Of a stretch of 64,000 nt of DNA, positions 41,449 through 50,538 are shown one piece after another; within the stretch, counting starts at the first letter, position 1, and every line of letters starts with the position of its first letter. Where the stretch lies: assembly GCA_963783375.1 (NCBI GenBank), contig CAWANH010000017.1, positions 64,001 through 128,000 on the forward strand. Direction: 5' to 3'. Source of the stretch: Candidatus Eiseniibacteriota bacterium (GTDB lineage: Bacteria; Eisenbacteria; RBG-16-71-46; JABDJR01). Under the pieces are notes generated by a model. It saw nothing but the letters and a program-made list of their open reading frames with translations, had not been told where the DNA came from and searched no databases. The position numbers and the translations under genes are program-made.

Positions 41449-42587
41449 ATGGAATCTGCTGAATTCGTGATCATCGGAGGCGGGCTCGCCGGCGCCGCCG
41501 CGGCCTACCATCTCGCCCGCGAAGGTGCGACCGGGGTGGTCGTCCTGGAGAAGGAATCCGTCCCCGGGGTCCACTCCTCCGGACGGAACGCGGCCATCCT
41601 CCGGGTGGTGGTGGCCGGCCGTGAGGTGGCCGCCCTGGCCCGTGACGGGGGCGCGTTCATCCGGGACACCCCCTCGGACTGGCAGGAGCCGATCGGGTTC
41701 ATCCCGAGCGGCTCCCTCCTGACCGGTGGGCGGGAAGCCCTGGAAGCAATGGTCGCCGACACCCCCGGCGACGCCCTGGCCGAGCTGGAGGTCGAGTGGT
41801 GGTCTCCCGAGCGGGCCCGGGCGCGGGTGGATCTCCTGCGCGGGGCCGAATTCGAGGCCGCCCTCTGGTGTCCCCGGGACGGAGTGATCGAGGTGGCGGG
41901 GCTTCTGGCCGGCTACCTGCGGGAGGGAAGACGGCGCGGGGTTCGCATCCTCACCGGGACCGAGGTTCGTTCCATCAGGGTCCGGGACGGCGCCGTGGAG
42001 GGCGTGGAAACGAACCACGGGTTCATCCGCACCCCCGCGGTGGTGAACGCGGCCGGGCCCTGGGGACGGGAGGTCGCCCGCATGGCCGGCGCGGTGGACG
42101 CACCGATCACCCCGTTCCGCCGCCACCTCTACGACAGCGGCCCGCTCGCCTGGGTGGACCGGAACCTCCCCGTGGTCTGGAACCCCACCTCCGGGGTCTA
42201 CTTCCGCCCCGAGTCCGGGGGGCTCCTCCTCAGCCCGTGCGACGAGACCTCGGCCGAGCCGGGAGTCCCCGCCGTCGATCCCGCCGTCCTCGAACAGCTC
42301 GCCGAGAAGCTTTCCCGCCACTTTCCCGCCCTCGCCGACGTTCCCGTTCGCCGCGGCTGGGCCGGCCTCCGCACCTTCCCCCCGATCACCGGTTCGTGAT
42401 CGGCTGGGATCCCGGGGTGAAGGGGTTCTTCTGGTCGGCGGGGTACGGGGGACATGGGGTGACCTGCAGCGCCTCGGCCGGCCGGCTCGCCGCCCGCCTG
42501 CTCCTCGGAGCGAACCCTCCCGAGGCCGCCCCCTTCGCCCCCGATCGTTTCCTGGCCACGGACCTCGCGTCGCCGGGGAAGGCATGA
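41449..42587 (+). CDS. FAD-dependent oxidoreductase (DadA/sarcosine oxidase beta-like); apparent 1-bp frameshift in the C-run at 42378-42383
   Basis: IIGGGLAG, SSGRNAA, VNAAGPW, GWAGLRTF; continuation PDHRFVIGWD...GYGGHG...PDRF is in the shifted frame. Confidence 0.88.
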
Positions 42588-44803
42588 GCGGTAAGTCGAA
42601 GCCGGCATCCCCGAAGCACAGGGTCTCCCGGCTCTCCAGGATCTTCCCTCCGGGGTGGCGGGTCCCCGTGGCACTGGTGATGATTCTGGGGTTCGGGCTC
42701 TTCGTTCGCCTGGAGGATCGGCGGGTCTTCGCCGAGAACCCGCTCTACTGGGCGGCAACCCAGACCCACCTCGCCCTCTCGCGGGGGCTGGCTGACGGGC
42801 GTCCGTTCTTCTACCGGGAGGACGATCAGGAAACGGCGAGGCGATTCCTGTTGGATGGGGACGGGTTCCGCCGCCCCCTCGCCGGGTACGACGCCATGGT
42901 CGACTCCGTTCGCGCCGCCAACGGCGAGGCCCCCTACGTTCCCTGCTTCGCCGATCAGAGCGGCTGGGGCGCGTTCGTCTTCCTGGCCCGGCACGTTCCC
43001 GGCGTCCACAGTCTCTACGACGTCTCGCTGATCCAGATCCTCATCGATCTCGGGGCGCTCCTGCTCCTCTATCCCATCGCCATGTTCGTGACCGGGCGGC
43101 GATGGATCGCGCTCCTCACCTGCGCGCTCTACGCGGCCTACTTTCCGGCGGCCTACGCCGCCGCCGAACCGTTCCGCGACGGCTGGCCGGGATTCGCGGC
43201 GATCTACGCCACCGCGCTGATGCTCCCGGTCTGGAAGCGCGGACCTCAGGGGGTGGTGCGATCGGCGGGCTGGCTGGTCGCGGCGGGGGTCGTGGTCGGC
43301 ATCGCCACCTACGTCCGTTCGACCGCGGTGACCGGGCCGTTGGTCCTGGCGCTGATCACCTGGCTCCTCTGGCGCCGGGTTCGCGCGGCGGCGGTGGTGG
43401 GCGCGGTCCTGGTCGCGGCCACCGTCCTCACCCTCGTCCCCTGGATGACGATCACCGCGCGGAGTGCCGGAGTGGTGGCGCTCACCTCGAGCGGGAGCGG
43501 TCATTCCCTGCTCACCGGGTTGGGCGAGGACAAGGACAACCCCCTGGGTCTCCGGTTCCGCGACCGGTCCACGGAAGACTACGTGATCCGTGTCTGCGGT
43601 TACGACGTCCCCTACGGCTCGTTCACCTACAGCGCGGCGTGCTCCCGCGAGGCCGACCGCTTCATCTCCAACCATCGCGGATGGTACGCCGGCCTGGTGG
43701 CCGGGCGCCTCGGCGGGTACGTGGTGCGCGACCCGGTGGAGAAGCTCAAGTGGGGGTGGGGGACCCGCATCGATCAGGCGACCCGGATCGGGGTGGAACG
43801 GTACCTGGCCCCGATCGGGCTGGCGGGACTGATCGTGGGTCTGTTCATCTTTCCCGGGGCGTGGATACCCCTGATTTGGGTGGTGGGGTTCTGCGGCACG
43901 ATCGTCCCCGTCCAGACGCATCCGCGGCTGCTCATGGGGGTGGATTGGGCCCTGCTCCTGGGGGTCTTGATGCTGGTGGGGGCCGCGGCGCGCGGCGTGG
44001 CCCATCTGAGGGGGCGCCGGCGTCCGGGGAGGCGGGCCGGGCCGAAACCCCCCCGCGAATCCGGCGGGACCCCGGTGGAGCGGACACGGGGATTCCTCGC
44101 GTTGGCCGCGGCGGCGGGTGCGGTGGACCTGACTGTGCTGGTGCTCCTGGTCGCGTTCGCCCCCAAGGCGCCGGCCCCCGCTCACGACTGGCGGCGAGAG
44201 ATGGCGAGCCCCGACCCGGCGGTCCGGCTCCGGTGCCTGGAAAGGGCGGGGGCGGTGGGTCACGCGGGGCTTCCGGTTCTCCTGGAGGGAAAGACCGACC
44301 CCGACGCCGAGGTTCGCGCCGAGGCGGGGAAGCAGATCGCGGGGCTGGAGGTCCAGGCCTTCCGGGTCGACTTCGCGGACGGAAAGCTGCCGCCCACGAC
44401 GCCGCCTCCCGGCGCCAGGTACGACGTCGTTTCCGACGGCGGCGCGGGAGCCGTCCCTTACCTCCGGATCATCGCCCCGCCCGGGCCCCTCGCACCTCTC
44501 CTGGGCTTCACGTACACTCACGCCGTGCCCGGTTCCTACCGCCTCCGGGTCTGCGGGCGGTTCGACCATCGGGTCGTGGTCAGTTTCCTGACCACGGATC
44601 CCCTCGAGACGCGAAGGGGGATGGAAGTGATGCCGGACGACATGATTCCCATGACCGGCTTCCGCACCGTGAACATCCCCTTCGAGAAATCATCCGACGA
44701 CTCCCTGCTTCAGATCATCTTCGGTTGCGGGGCGAGCGGGGACCGGGATACTTCGAGGCCCCGCGCGGACTTCCAGTTCATCGAACTCCGGATGTCCCGA
44801 TGA
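42584..44803 (+). CDS. GT-C (PMT/ArnT-like) membrane glycosyltransferase with C-terminal HEAT-like repeat and soluble domain
   Basis: Many TM helices; GIATYVRS, LVPW, HPRL motifs; DPAVRLRCL...DPDAEVRAEA HEAT-like; coupled to a GT2 gene. Confidence 0.6.
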   Translation: MSGKSKPASPKHRVSRLSRIFPPGWRVPVALVMILGFGLFVRLEDRRVFAENPLYWAATQTHLALSRGLADGRPFFYREDDQETARRFLLDGDGFRRPLAGYDAMVDSVRAANGEAPYVPCFADQSGWGAFVFLARHVPGVHSLYDVSLIQILIDLGALLLLYPIAMFVTGRRWIALLTCALYAAYFPAAYAAAEPFRDGWPGFAAIYATALMLPVWKRGPQGVVRSAGWLVAAGVVVGIATYVRSTAVTGPLVLALITWLLWRRVRAAAVVGAVLVAATVLTLVPWMTITARSAGVVALTSSGSGHSLLTGLGEDKDNPLGLRFRDRSTEDYVIRVCGYDVPYGSFTYSAACSREADRFISNHRGWYAGLVAGRLGGYVVRDPVEKLKWGWGTRIDQATRIGVERYLAPIGLAGLIVGLFIFPGAWIPLIWVVGFCGTIVPVQTHPRLLMGVDWALLLGVLMLVGAAARGVAHLRGRRRPGRRAGPKPPRESGGTPVERTRGFLALAAAAGAVDLTVLVLLVAFAPKAPAPAHDWRREMASPDPAVRLRCLERAGAVGHAGLPVLLEGKTDPDAEVRAEAGKQIAGLEVQAFRVDFADGKLPPTTPPPGARYDVVSDGGAGAVPYLRIIAPPGPLAPLLGFTYTHAVPGSYRLRVCGRFDHRVVVSFLTTDPLETRRGMEVMPDDMIPMTGFRTVNIPFEKSSDDSLLQIIFGCGASGDRDTSRPRADFQFIELRMSR

Positions 44804-45808
44804 CCGTGAACCGGGACCCGGGAGGCCCGCCGGCGCCGGTCCTGAGCGTGATCGCGCCCTGTTACAACGAACAGGACGCCCTGCCGTTGTTTCTGGAGTC
44901 GCTCCTCCCGGTCCTCGACCGGTCGGGCGACCCCTTCGAGGTCATCCTGGTGGACGACGGCTCCACCGACCGCACCTTCGAGGTGATCCGTTCCTGGGCG
45001 GAGCGGCGCCGGGAGATCCGCGGCATCCAGCTCTCGCGGAACTTCGGGCACCAGGCCGCCCTCACCGCCGGTCTGGACGCGTCCCGGGGCGAGGCCACGA
45101 TCACCATGGACGCGGACCTCCAGCACCCGCCCGAAGTGATCCCCGCGACTTCTGGCCGCCTGGCGCGCCGGCGCGGAGGTCGTGCTCACCGAGCGCCGCG
45201 ACCGGGAACGGACGCCGTTCTTGAAGCGCGTCACCTCGGCCGCGTTCTACCGGCTGCTGGCGCGGGTGTCGAAGATCGACATCCGGCCGGGCGCCTCGGA
45301 CTTCCGGCTCCTGGACCGCCGCGTGGTGCGCGCGTTCTCCGAGGTCCGCGAAACCCACCGGCTCCTGCGGGGCTTGGTTCTGTGGTCGGGCTTTCGGCGG
45401 GCCACCGTCCCGTTCGTGGTGGGCGAGCGCGCGGCGGGAGCGTCGAAGTACGACGTGAAGCGCATGATGAACCTGGCCATGGACGGCATCTTCTCCTTCA
45501 CCACCCTGCCGCTCCGGACCGCGATCGGGATCGGGCTGACGACCTCGGTCCTGGCCCTCCTGTACCTGATCTATGCCCTGGGCGTTCGCTTTCTCCACCC
45601 GCGGCTCGCCGTCCCCGGCTGGACCTCCATCCTGGGCGCGGTCCTCCTGATCGGGGGGGTGCAGCTCACGTTCCTGGGCATTCTCGGAGAGTACGTGGTG
45701 CGGATCTACGAGCAGGTGAAGGAACGCCCCCTGTACCTGGTGCGGCGGAGAGCGCCCGAAGACGATCCGGACGCGACGGCCCCTCCCCGGACCGCATCGC
45801 GGCGGTAG
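44800..45808 (+). CDS. GT2 polyprenol-phosphate glycosyltransferase (GtrB/ArnC-like); apparent frameshift near 45145
   Basis: SVIAPCYNE, VDDGSTD, SRNFGHQAALTAG, MDADLQHPP; then SDFRLLDR, two TM helices and GEYV.RIYEQVK.RP.Y in the second frame. Confidence 0.88.
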
Positions 45809-45841
45809 CCGGGGTCGTTTCGGCCCCGGGGTCCCGGCCGC

Positions 45842-47434
45842 TCAAAACGCCTGGGAGCTGGAGAACGAAATCAGAACGTTCCGCCGTCCCTCTGGGTCCG
45901 GGGAGAGCGGCCAGGCGGCGTCCATCCGGAACAGGCTATGGACCGAGGCCCGGGGAAGCGCCAGGCGGAGCCCCACCCCGACGTCGCTCTTCACCCGATC
46001 GAGTCGAAGAGCGCTTCCCTCCGGGGCGGCGGCTCCCGCGTCGAAGAAGATCGCCGCCCCGGGGGACAGGACCTGGAAGATCTCCCGCCCCGTGAACACC
46101 CGGTGCTCCAGGTTCAGGATCACGCTCTTGTTCCCCTCGTAGGCCCAGAGGCGATAGGCGCGGAGCCCGGTGTCGCCGTCGACGAAGAACTGCACGTCAC
46201 GGTCCAGGTCCCACCCGCGGGCCACCGCCAGCCGGCCCACCAGGGTCTGGGGGAGGACGGTCCCGAAGCGGTGCACGTAACGGGCCTCGTCACGGAGCAC
46301 CGCGTTCGCGCGCGGGTCGCCGATCCGGCTCTGGCCGGTGATCCGGTTCAGGATGAAGGTCCCCGCCCCCAGGTGCGCGCCCACCGAAGCCTCGGCGGTG
46401 ACGAGCCCGGTGGCGCGGGCGACCGCGCCCCAGGCCGGGGAGATGCCAAGGAGGACCGATCCCCGCGGTCCCAGGTTGAAGTCCTGGTAGCGGGAGTCGC
46501 GGTCCACGTAGTCGAGCTTCACGAGGTCGTTCACCACGCTCTCGGCGCGGACGAAGAGATAGCCGTAGCGCCGGTCGGCGGGGTGCGGATCGTCCTCGCG
46601 TCCGGGGAGGGTCCGGAAGCGGTCCTCGAGCCACAGGAACCCGACCCCCAGGCGCCGCGCGGTGAGCGGGGTGCGATGAACCGCCGCGCCGAGTTCCACG
46701 CGATAGCCCCGATGCTCCTGCCGGTATTCCGAGATCGCCTCCCCGTCCCGGTAGATCCGATCGTTGCCCCGGGAGACGTCGTAGAGGAGCGCTCCGGCGC
46801 GGGCGGTGGAGACCGAGGAGAATCGCCGCTCGATCCCGCCCTGATCCTTCCTTCCGTCGGAGTTCTCGGAGTGGAACACCCACCCGCGCCGGTAGGGGCC
46901 GAACAGGTTGGGGTCGGTGAAGGCGAAGCTCCGGGAGATGCGGGTGGCCTCCTCGTCGTAGCGGATCTCCGTTTCCCGGCCCGTTCCCAGGATGTCCCGC
47001 TCCACCAGGGACACCCCGAAGGTCGAGACCCCGCCCTTTCGGCTCACGGTGAGCGAGGGCTCGGTGGTCCAGGTGTCCTGGGTGGTCACCGTCACGTCCA
47101 CCACCCCGTCACGGGGCGGGCCGGCGACCACCGAGGCCTCCTTGATGAACCGCAGCGCCCGCAGGTTCCGTTCGGTCTCGGCCAATTGCTCGGGCTCGTA
47201 CCGGTCGCCCGAATGGAAGAGGAGGAACTTGCGGATGACGGCCGGGCGGGTCTTCACGTGGATGGCGGCGGCGGCCCGGTAAGGCCAGCCCGCCGCGCGC
47301 TCCGCGGGGGTGTACACGTCCAGGGTGCGAACGGTGATCGTTCCCACCCGGAGGGGTGGCGGCGCCGGGGTGGCGGCGCTTGGGCCGGAGAGGCCGAGGA
47401 TCCCGGCAAGGATCATGAAGAGATATCGCGGCAT
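45842..47434 (-). CDS. Omp85 (BamA/TamA-like) outer-membrane protein with POTRA domain
   Basis: Signal peptide; HVKTR..VIR..LLF..GD.Y...LAETERNLR POTRA; GLRAY; VGVGLR; C-terminal F. Confidence 0.8.
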   Translation of the reverse strand: MPRYLFMILAGILGLSGPSAATPAPPPLRVGTITVRTLDVYTPAERAAGWPYRAAAAIHVKTRPAVIRKFLLFHSGDRYEPEQLAETERNLRALRFIKEASVVAGPPRDGVVDVTVTTQDTWTTEPSLTVSRKGGVSTFGVSLVERDILGTGRETEIRYDEEATRISRSFAFTDPNLFGPYRRGWVFHSENSDGRKDQGGIERRFSSVSTARAGALLYDVSRGNDRIYRDGEAISEYRQEHRGYRVELGAAVHRTPLTARRLGVGFLWLEDRFRTLPGREDDPHPADRRYGYLFVRAESVVNDLVKLDYVDRDSRYQDFNLGPRGSVLLGISPAWGAVARATGLVTAEASVGAHLGAGTFILNRITGQSRIGDPRANAVLRDEARYVHRFGTVLPQTLVGRLAVARGWDLDRDVQFFVDGDTGLRAYRLWAYEGNKSVILNLEHRVFTGREIFQVLSPGAAIFFDAGAAAPEGSALRLDRVKSDVGVGLRLALPRASVHSLFRMDAAWPLSPDPEGRRNVLISFSSSQAF

Positions 47435-47729
47435 GGGGGGATTCTGAGCCTTCGGGGGGGGTGAAGGAAGGGGGGCCCGATTGGCGCCGGCGCCACCGGT
47501 CCGCGACTCGGTGATCCGTCGCGCCCGTCCGCGGGCTCCGGCTTGGTCCCGGTCGCTCGTGCCGGGAGCGGAGCGTCTGTTCTTCCGGCCCGGGAGTGGG
47601 ATAGACTCTCTGTCGCTTCAGGAAATGTTCAGGTCGCGGTTCGGAACCGCCGGACGGCGGAAGCCCGGCCCGGTTCCTCAGGGGAAACGAACCCGGCGTC
47701 AGTCAATCGTTCGTGAACAAGGAGGGAAG

Positions 47730-48266
47730 ATGAAATCGGTGCTGTCGGTGTTGGTCCTGGCCGCCCTGGTGGGTCTTGACATGCTTCCGGGAGCGGCTCA
47801 GGCCGAAGGCTCGGCCAAGCCGATCCAGATCGCGCTTTGGAACCCGGTCCAGATCGTTCCCGAGTCGCAGGCCGTCCACGGGGTGCGGTTGAACCTGCTC
47901 TACGGCGTGAACGCGGAGATGCATGGTCTCGACGTCGGCCTCATCAACCAGACCAACGGCGAGTTCAAGGGATTCCAGTACGGCCTGGTCGGGCTTACCC
48001 AGGGGAACTTCACCGGATGGTCCGACAACTTCGTCGGGATCATCGACGGAAAGATGACCGGGCTTCAGACCGGCTTCTACAACAGCGCCGACGACGCGGA
48101 GGGGTTCATGTGGGGGGCGGTCAACATCACCCAGCACATGTCCGGCTTCCAGCTCGGCCTCTTCAACATGACCCAGACCCTCTACGGACTCCAGATCGGG
48201 ATCGTGAACGTGGTGCAGCAGAAGGAGAAGTTCCCGGTGCTGCCCATCGTGAACTGGTCTTTCTGA
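47730..48266 (+). CDS. Secreted LA_2272-like glycine-rich repeat protein
   Basis: Signal peptide; repeated GxQxGxxN units; C-terminal LPIVNWSF; AAGGAGG RBS. Confidence 0.75.
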   Translation: MKSVLSVLVLAALVGLDMLPGAAQAEGSAKPIQIALWNPVQIVPESQAVHGVRLNLLYGVNAEMHGLDVGLINQTNGEFKGFQYGLVGLTQGNFTGWSDNFVGIIDGKMTGLQTGFYNSADDAEGFMWGAVNITQHMSGFQLGLFNMTQTLYGLQIGIVNVVQQKEKFPVLPIVNWSF

Positions 48267-48341
48267 TCGAGGGAGAGGCAAATCGAGACGCCGCGGCGCG
48301 TGTCCCGCCGCGGCGTCGGGAGGCCGGCCGCGTCCGGTCCG

Positions 48342-48930
48342 TCAGCGGGCGGAGAGCGGCAGGGTGAGGGAAAGCCCGAACCCCGCGCCGCCGCCGGACG
48401 AACCGTAGAGTCGTGGGGCCCACCGCACCCGCTCCCATCTCTCGATCCGGGTCCCGGAGCCGATGAGGGCCCCGATCGCCGCCCCGGTGAAGGCGCCGAT
48501 GAGCATGGCCCCGCCGCTGTTGTCGTGGGGCCGGTCGAAGGCGTGGGGGTCGTCGAGGTTCCCGGAGACCGTGGGCGTGCTGCTGGCCAGCGCCCCGATC
48601 ACGATTCCCGCCACCAGCCCGCCCGCCGCGCCGACCGCCGTCCCCCGCATGGTGCCGCGGGAGACCTCGAGGTCGGCGACATCGTACCAGGGAACGTAGA
48701 CCGACGCCCGGGCCGTCGTCGAGCTGCACCAGGATGCCGCTCCGATCCGCCACCACCACGCTTCCCTCCTGGTGGCGGAGGTCCAGCTGCCGGGTGGTCA
48801 CGCGGATCCGGGTGTCGGCGCGGAGAAGCGCGTCGGCTTCGGCCGCCGGGCCGCCGTTCGCGCCGTTCGAGGCCTCGGCGAGGCGAACACCGGCGCAGAG
48901 GAGAACCGCGAGCAATACCGTTCGTTTCAT
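48342..48930 (-). CDS. Hypothetical exported protein with glycine-zipper helices; apparent frameshift near 48708
   Basis: Signal peptide MKRTVLLAVLLCAG; the shifted frame continues VYVPWYDVADLEVSRG...GAAGGLVAG...GAAIGALIG...ERWERV. Confidence 0.6.
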
Positions 48931-49007
48931 GACGCGCCCCCTTCCCCCCGCAGACGCCGCCGCGGGCTTCCTGATCCCCTGGGTCTGGACCCCTTGTCTT
49001 CCGCTAT

Positions 49008-49023
49008 TTCAAGTTGCGTGCCA
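49008..49023 (-). promoter_or_regulatory. Candidate sigma54 (-24/-12) promoter
   Basis: Minus strand TGGCACGCAACTTGAA, about 80 bp upstream of ATG 48930; -12 is GA rather than GC. Confidence 0.45.
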
Positions 49024-49304
49024 TTCGGGGCGGCGGGGGTTCGACGGGGGAAGAGGCTGTGGAATGGGCGGTTGGATTCGCGGCGCTTCGGGGCGCGGGC
49101 GCCGGGAAGAATCAGCGCCGCGGCCGGGCGGCCGCACCTGTGGAGGACGCGCCACAGGTCGAGGGGGCTCCGGCTCGGGAATGAAACGGGGGAGGGCGGC
49201 GGGCCGCCCTCCCCGGGGAATCAATCGTCGGCGTGGGGATTCAACATGCCAACCGGCTGCGGGGCGATTCCCCACCCCACCGGACGGCAAGTGGCTTGAT
49301 CACC

Positions 49305-49910
49305 CTAGCCGGCCGCGTGAGGGTTCACCACCGCGCAGAGGAAGTAGAGGTGGGCGTCGACCTTGACCGCCAGGGGCGCCCCGCTCGGCAGGTGCATGCC
49401 GAGGAGGTTGTTCACCGCTTCTTCCGAGGTGATCGGGAGCTGGGCCGCGATGGCCGCGCTGATCTGGGCGTTCACCGCCTGGTCCTGGCCGTAGGCCGGA
49501 ACGATCACCCAGACGTGCCAGAGGGGGGAGTACTCGCCGTGGCCCGGGCTCGAGGGGATCGAGTCGAGGATGTGGTCGTGATAGTCGGTGAAGTCGATCC
49601 CGTTCCCCTCGTGGTCGCAGGGATTGCACTGGGGCGGCGGGACGTTCAGGTTTTCCCACCCGATCGGGTAGACCACCTCGTAGAGGTCGGCCTGGGCCCC
49701 CTCGGGCGCATGGTTCGGAACCTCGATGGCGTTGATCTTCACCGTGGTGCCGTCGTAGTACGCGTCTTCGTATCCGGGTTTCGCGGTCGGGGCCACCGTC
49801 GCGCCGGGCTGGGGAGCCAGCGTCGCCGCGGTGGGGATCGAGGACGTGTCCTGGGAACAGCCTCCGACAAGGAGGGCGGATGCGAGCACAGCGATGCCGA
49901 GGATTCGCAT
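49305..49910 (-). CDS. Lipoprotein with YSPLW motif (DUF7482-like) and a CxxCxH/His cluster
   Basis: Lipobox LLVGG-C; CNPCDH, YHDHILDSIP, GEYSPLWHV; GGAGA RBS. Confidence 0.7.
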   Translation of the reverse strand: MRILGIAVLASALLVGGCSQDTSSIPTAATLAPQPGATVAPTAKPGYEDAYYDGTTVKINAIEVPNHAPEGAQADLYEVVYPIGWENLNVPPPQCNPCDHEGNGIDFTDYHDHILDSIPSSPGHGEYSPLWHVWVIVPAYGQDQAVNAQISAAIAAQLPITSEEAVNNLLGMHLPSGAPLAVKVDAHLYFLCAVVNPHAAG

Positions 49911-50538
49911 GATCTTCTCCATTGATCCGATCTCGAAATCGAGTCGGGTCATGATGTTTCGAGTAAATGCCGCCGGGATGGGGGGCGGCAGGATGCTATC
50001 GGTGAGGGTCTGGGAACGGCGGGCCGCGGGTGGACGATTCGGGTGCGCGGATGCCGGGGCGTAGCCGGAGGGGATTCGCCGGTGTGCAGAGGACCGGCCC
50101 GAATCGGCCGGCGGGAGACAGTGGATCCCAGGCCGCGCGAGACGTCGTTCGCGCTCGAGGAACGGGTCTGGCCGCCGGGTCAGAGCGGGATGGGGGTCGG
50201 AAACCGACCGGTAGCGGCAATTCATGGCTTTTTGATGCGGGGCACCGCCGCACAAGGATTCAACGATATGCTTCGGGAAGGGCCGAAGCAACGGGAAAAC
50301 GTTTACAGACGCATTCCCCGGGCGCGACTCCCGATCTGCGAAGCCCATGCGCCTTCCCCGGCCGGCGCTCGCGGTTCGATCGTCGCTCACCCGGCGCGCC
50401 GACAAACCGCATTTCCTGCGAGATCGTCCTCCTCCGCGGGAGGGGGGTTCTGGTGTATTCTCGTGGCCGGTTCCTCTTTGCCGACATTCCGCCGGTCCCG
50501 AGCCGCCTCGGGAGCGGCCCTCGCGAAGGAAACAGTCC

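Noticed and set aside
49911-50538. Riboswitch or ncRNA in the long intergenic gap
   Set aside because: Short hairpins are present, but I could not match any known aptamer consensus by eye. An Infernal/Rfam scan would decide.
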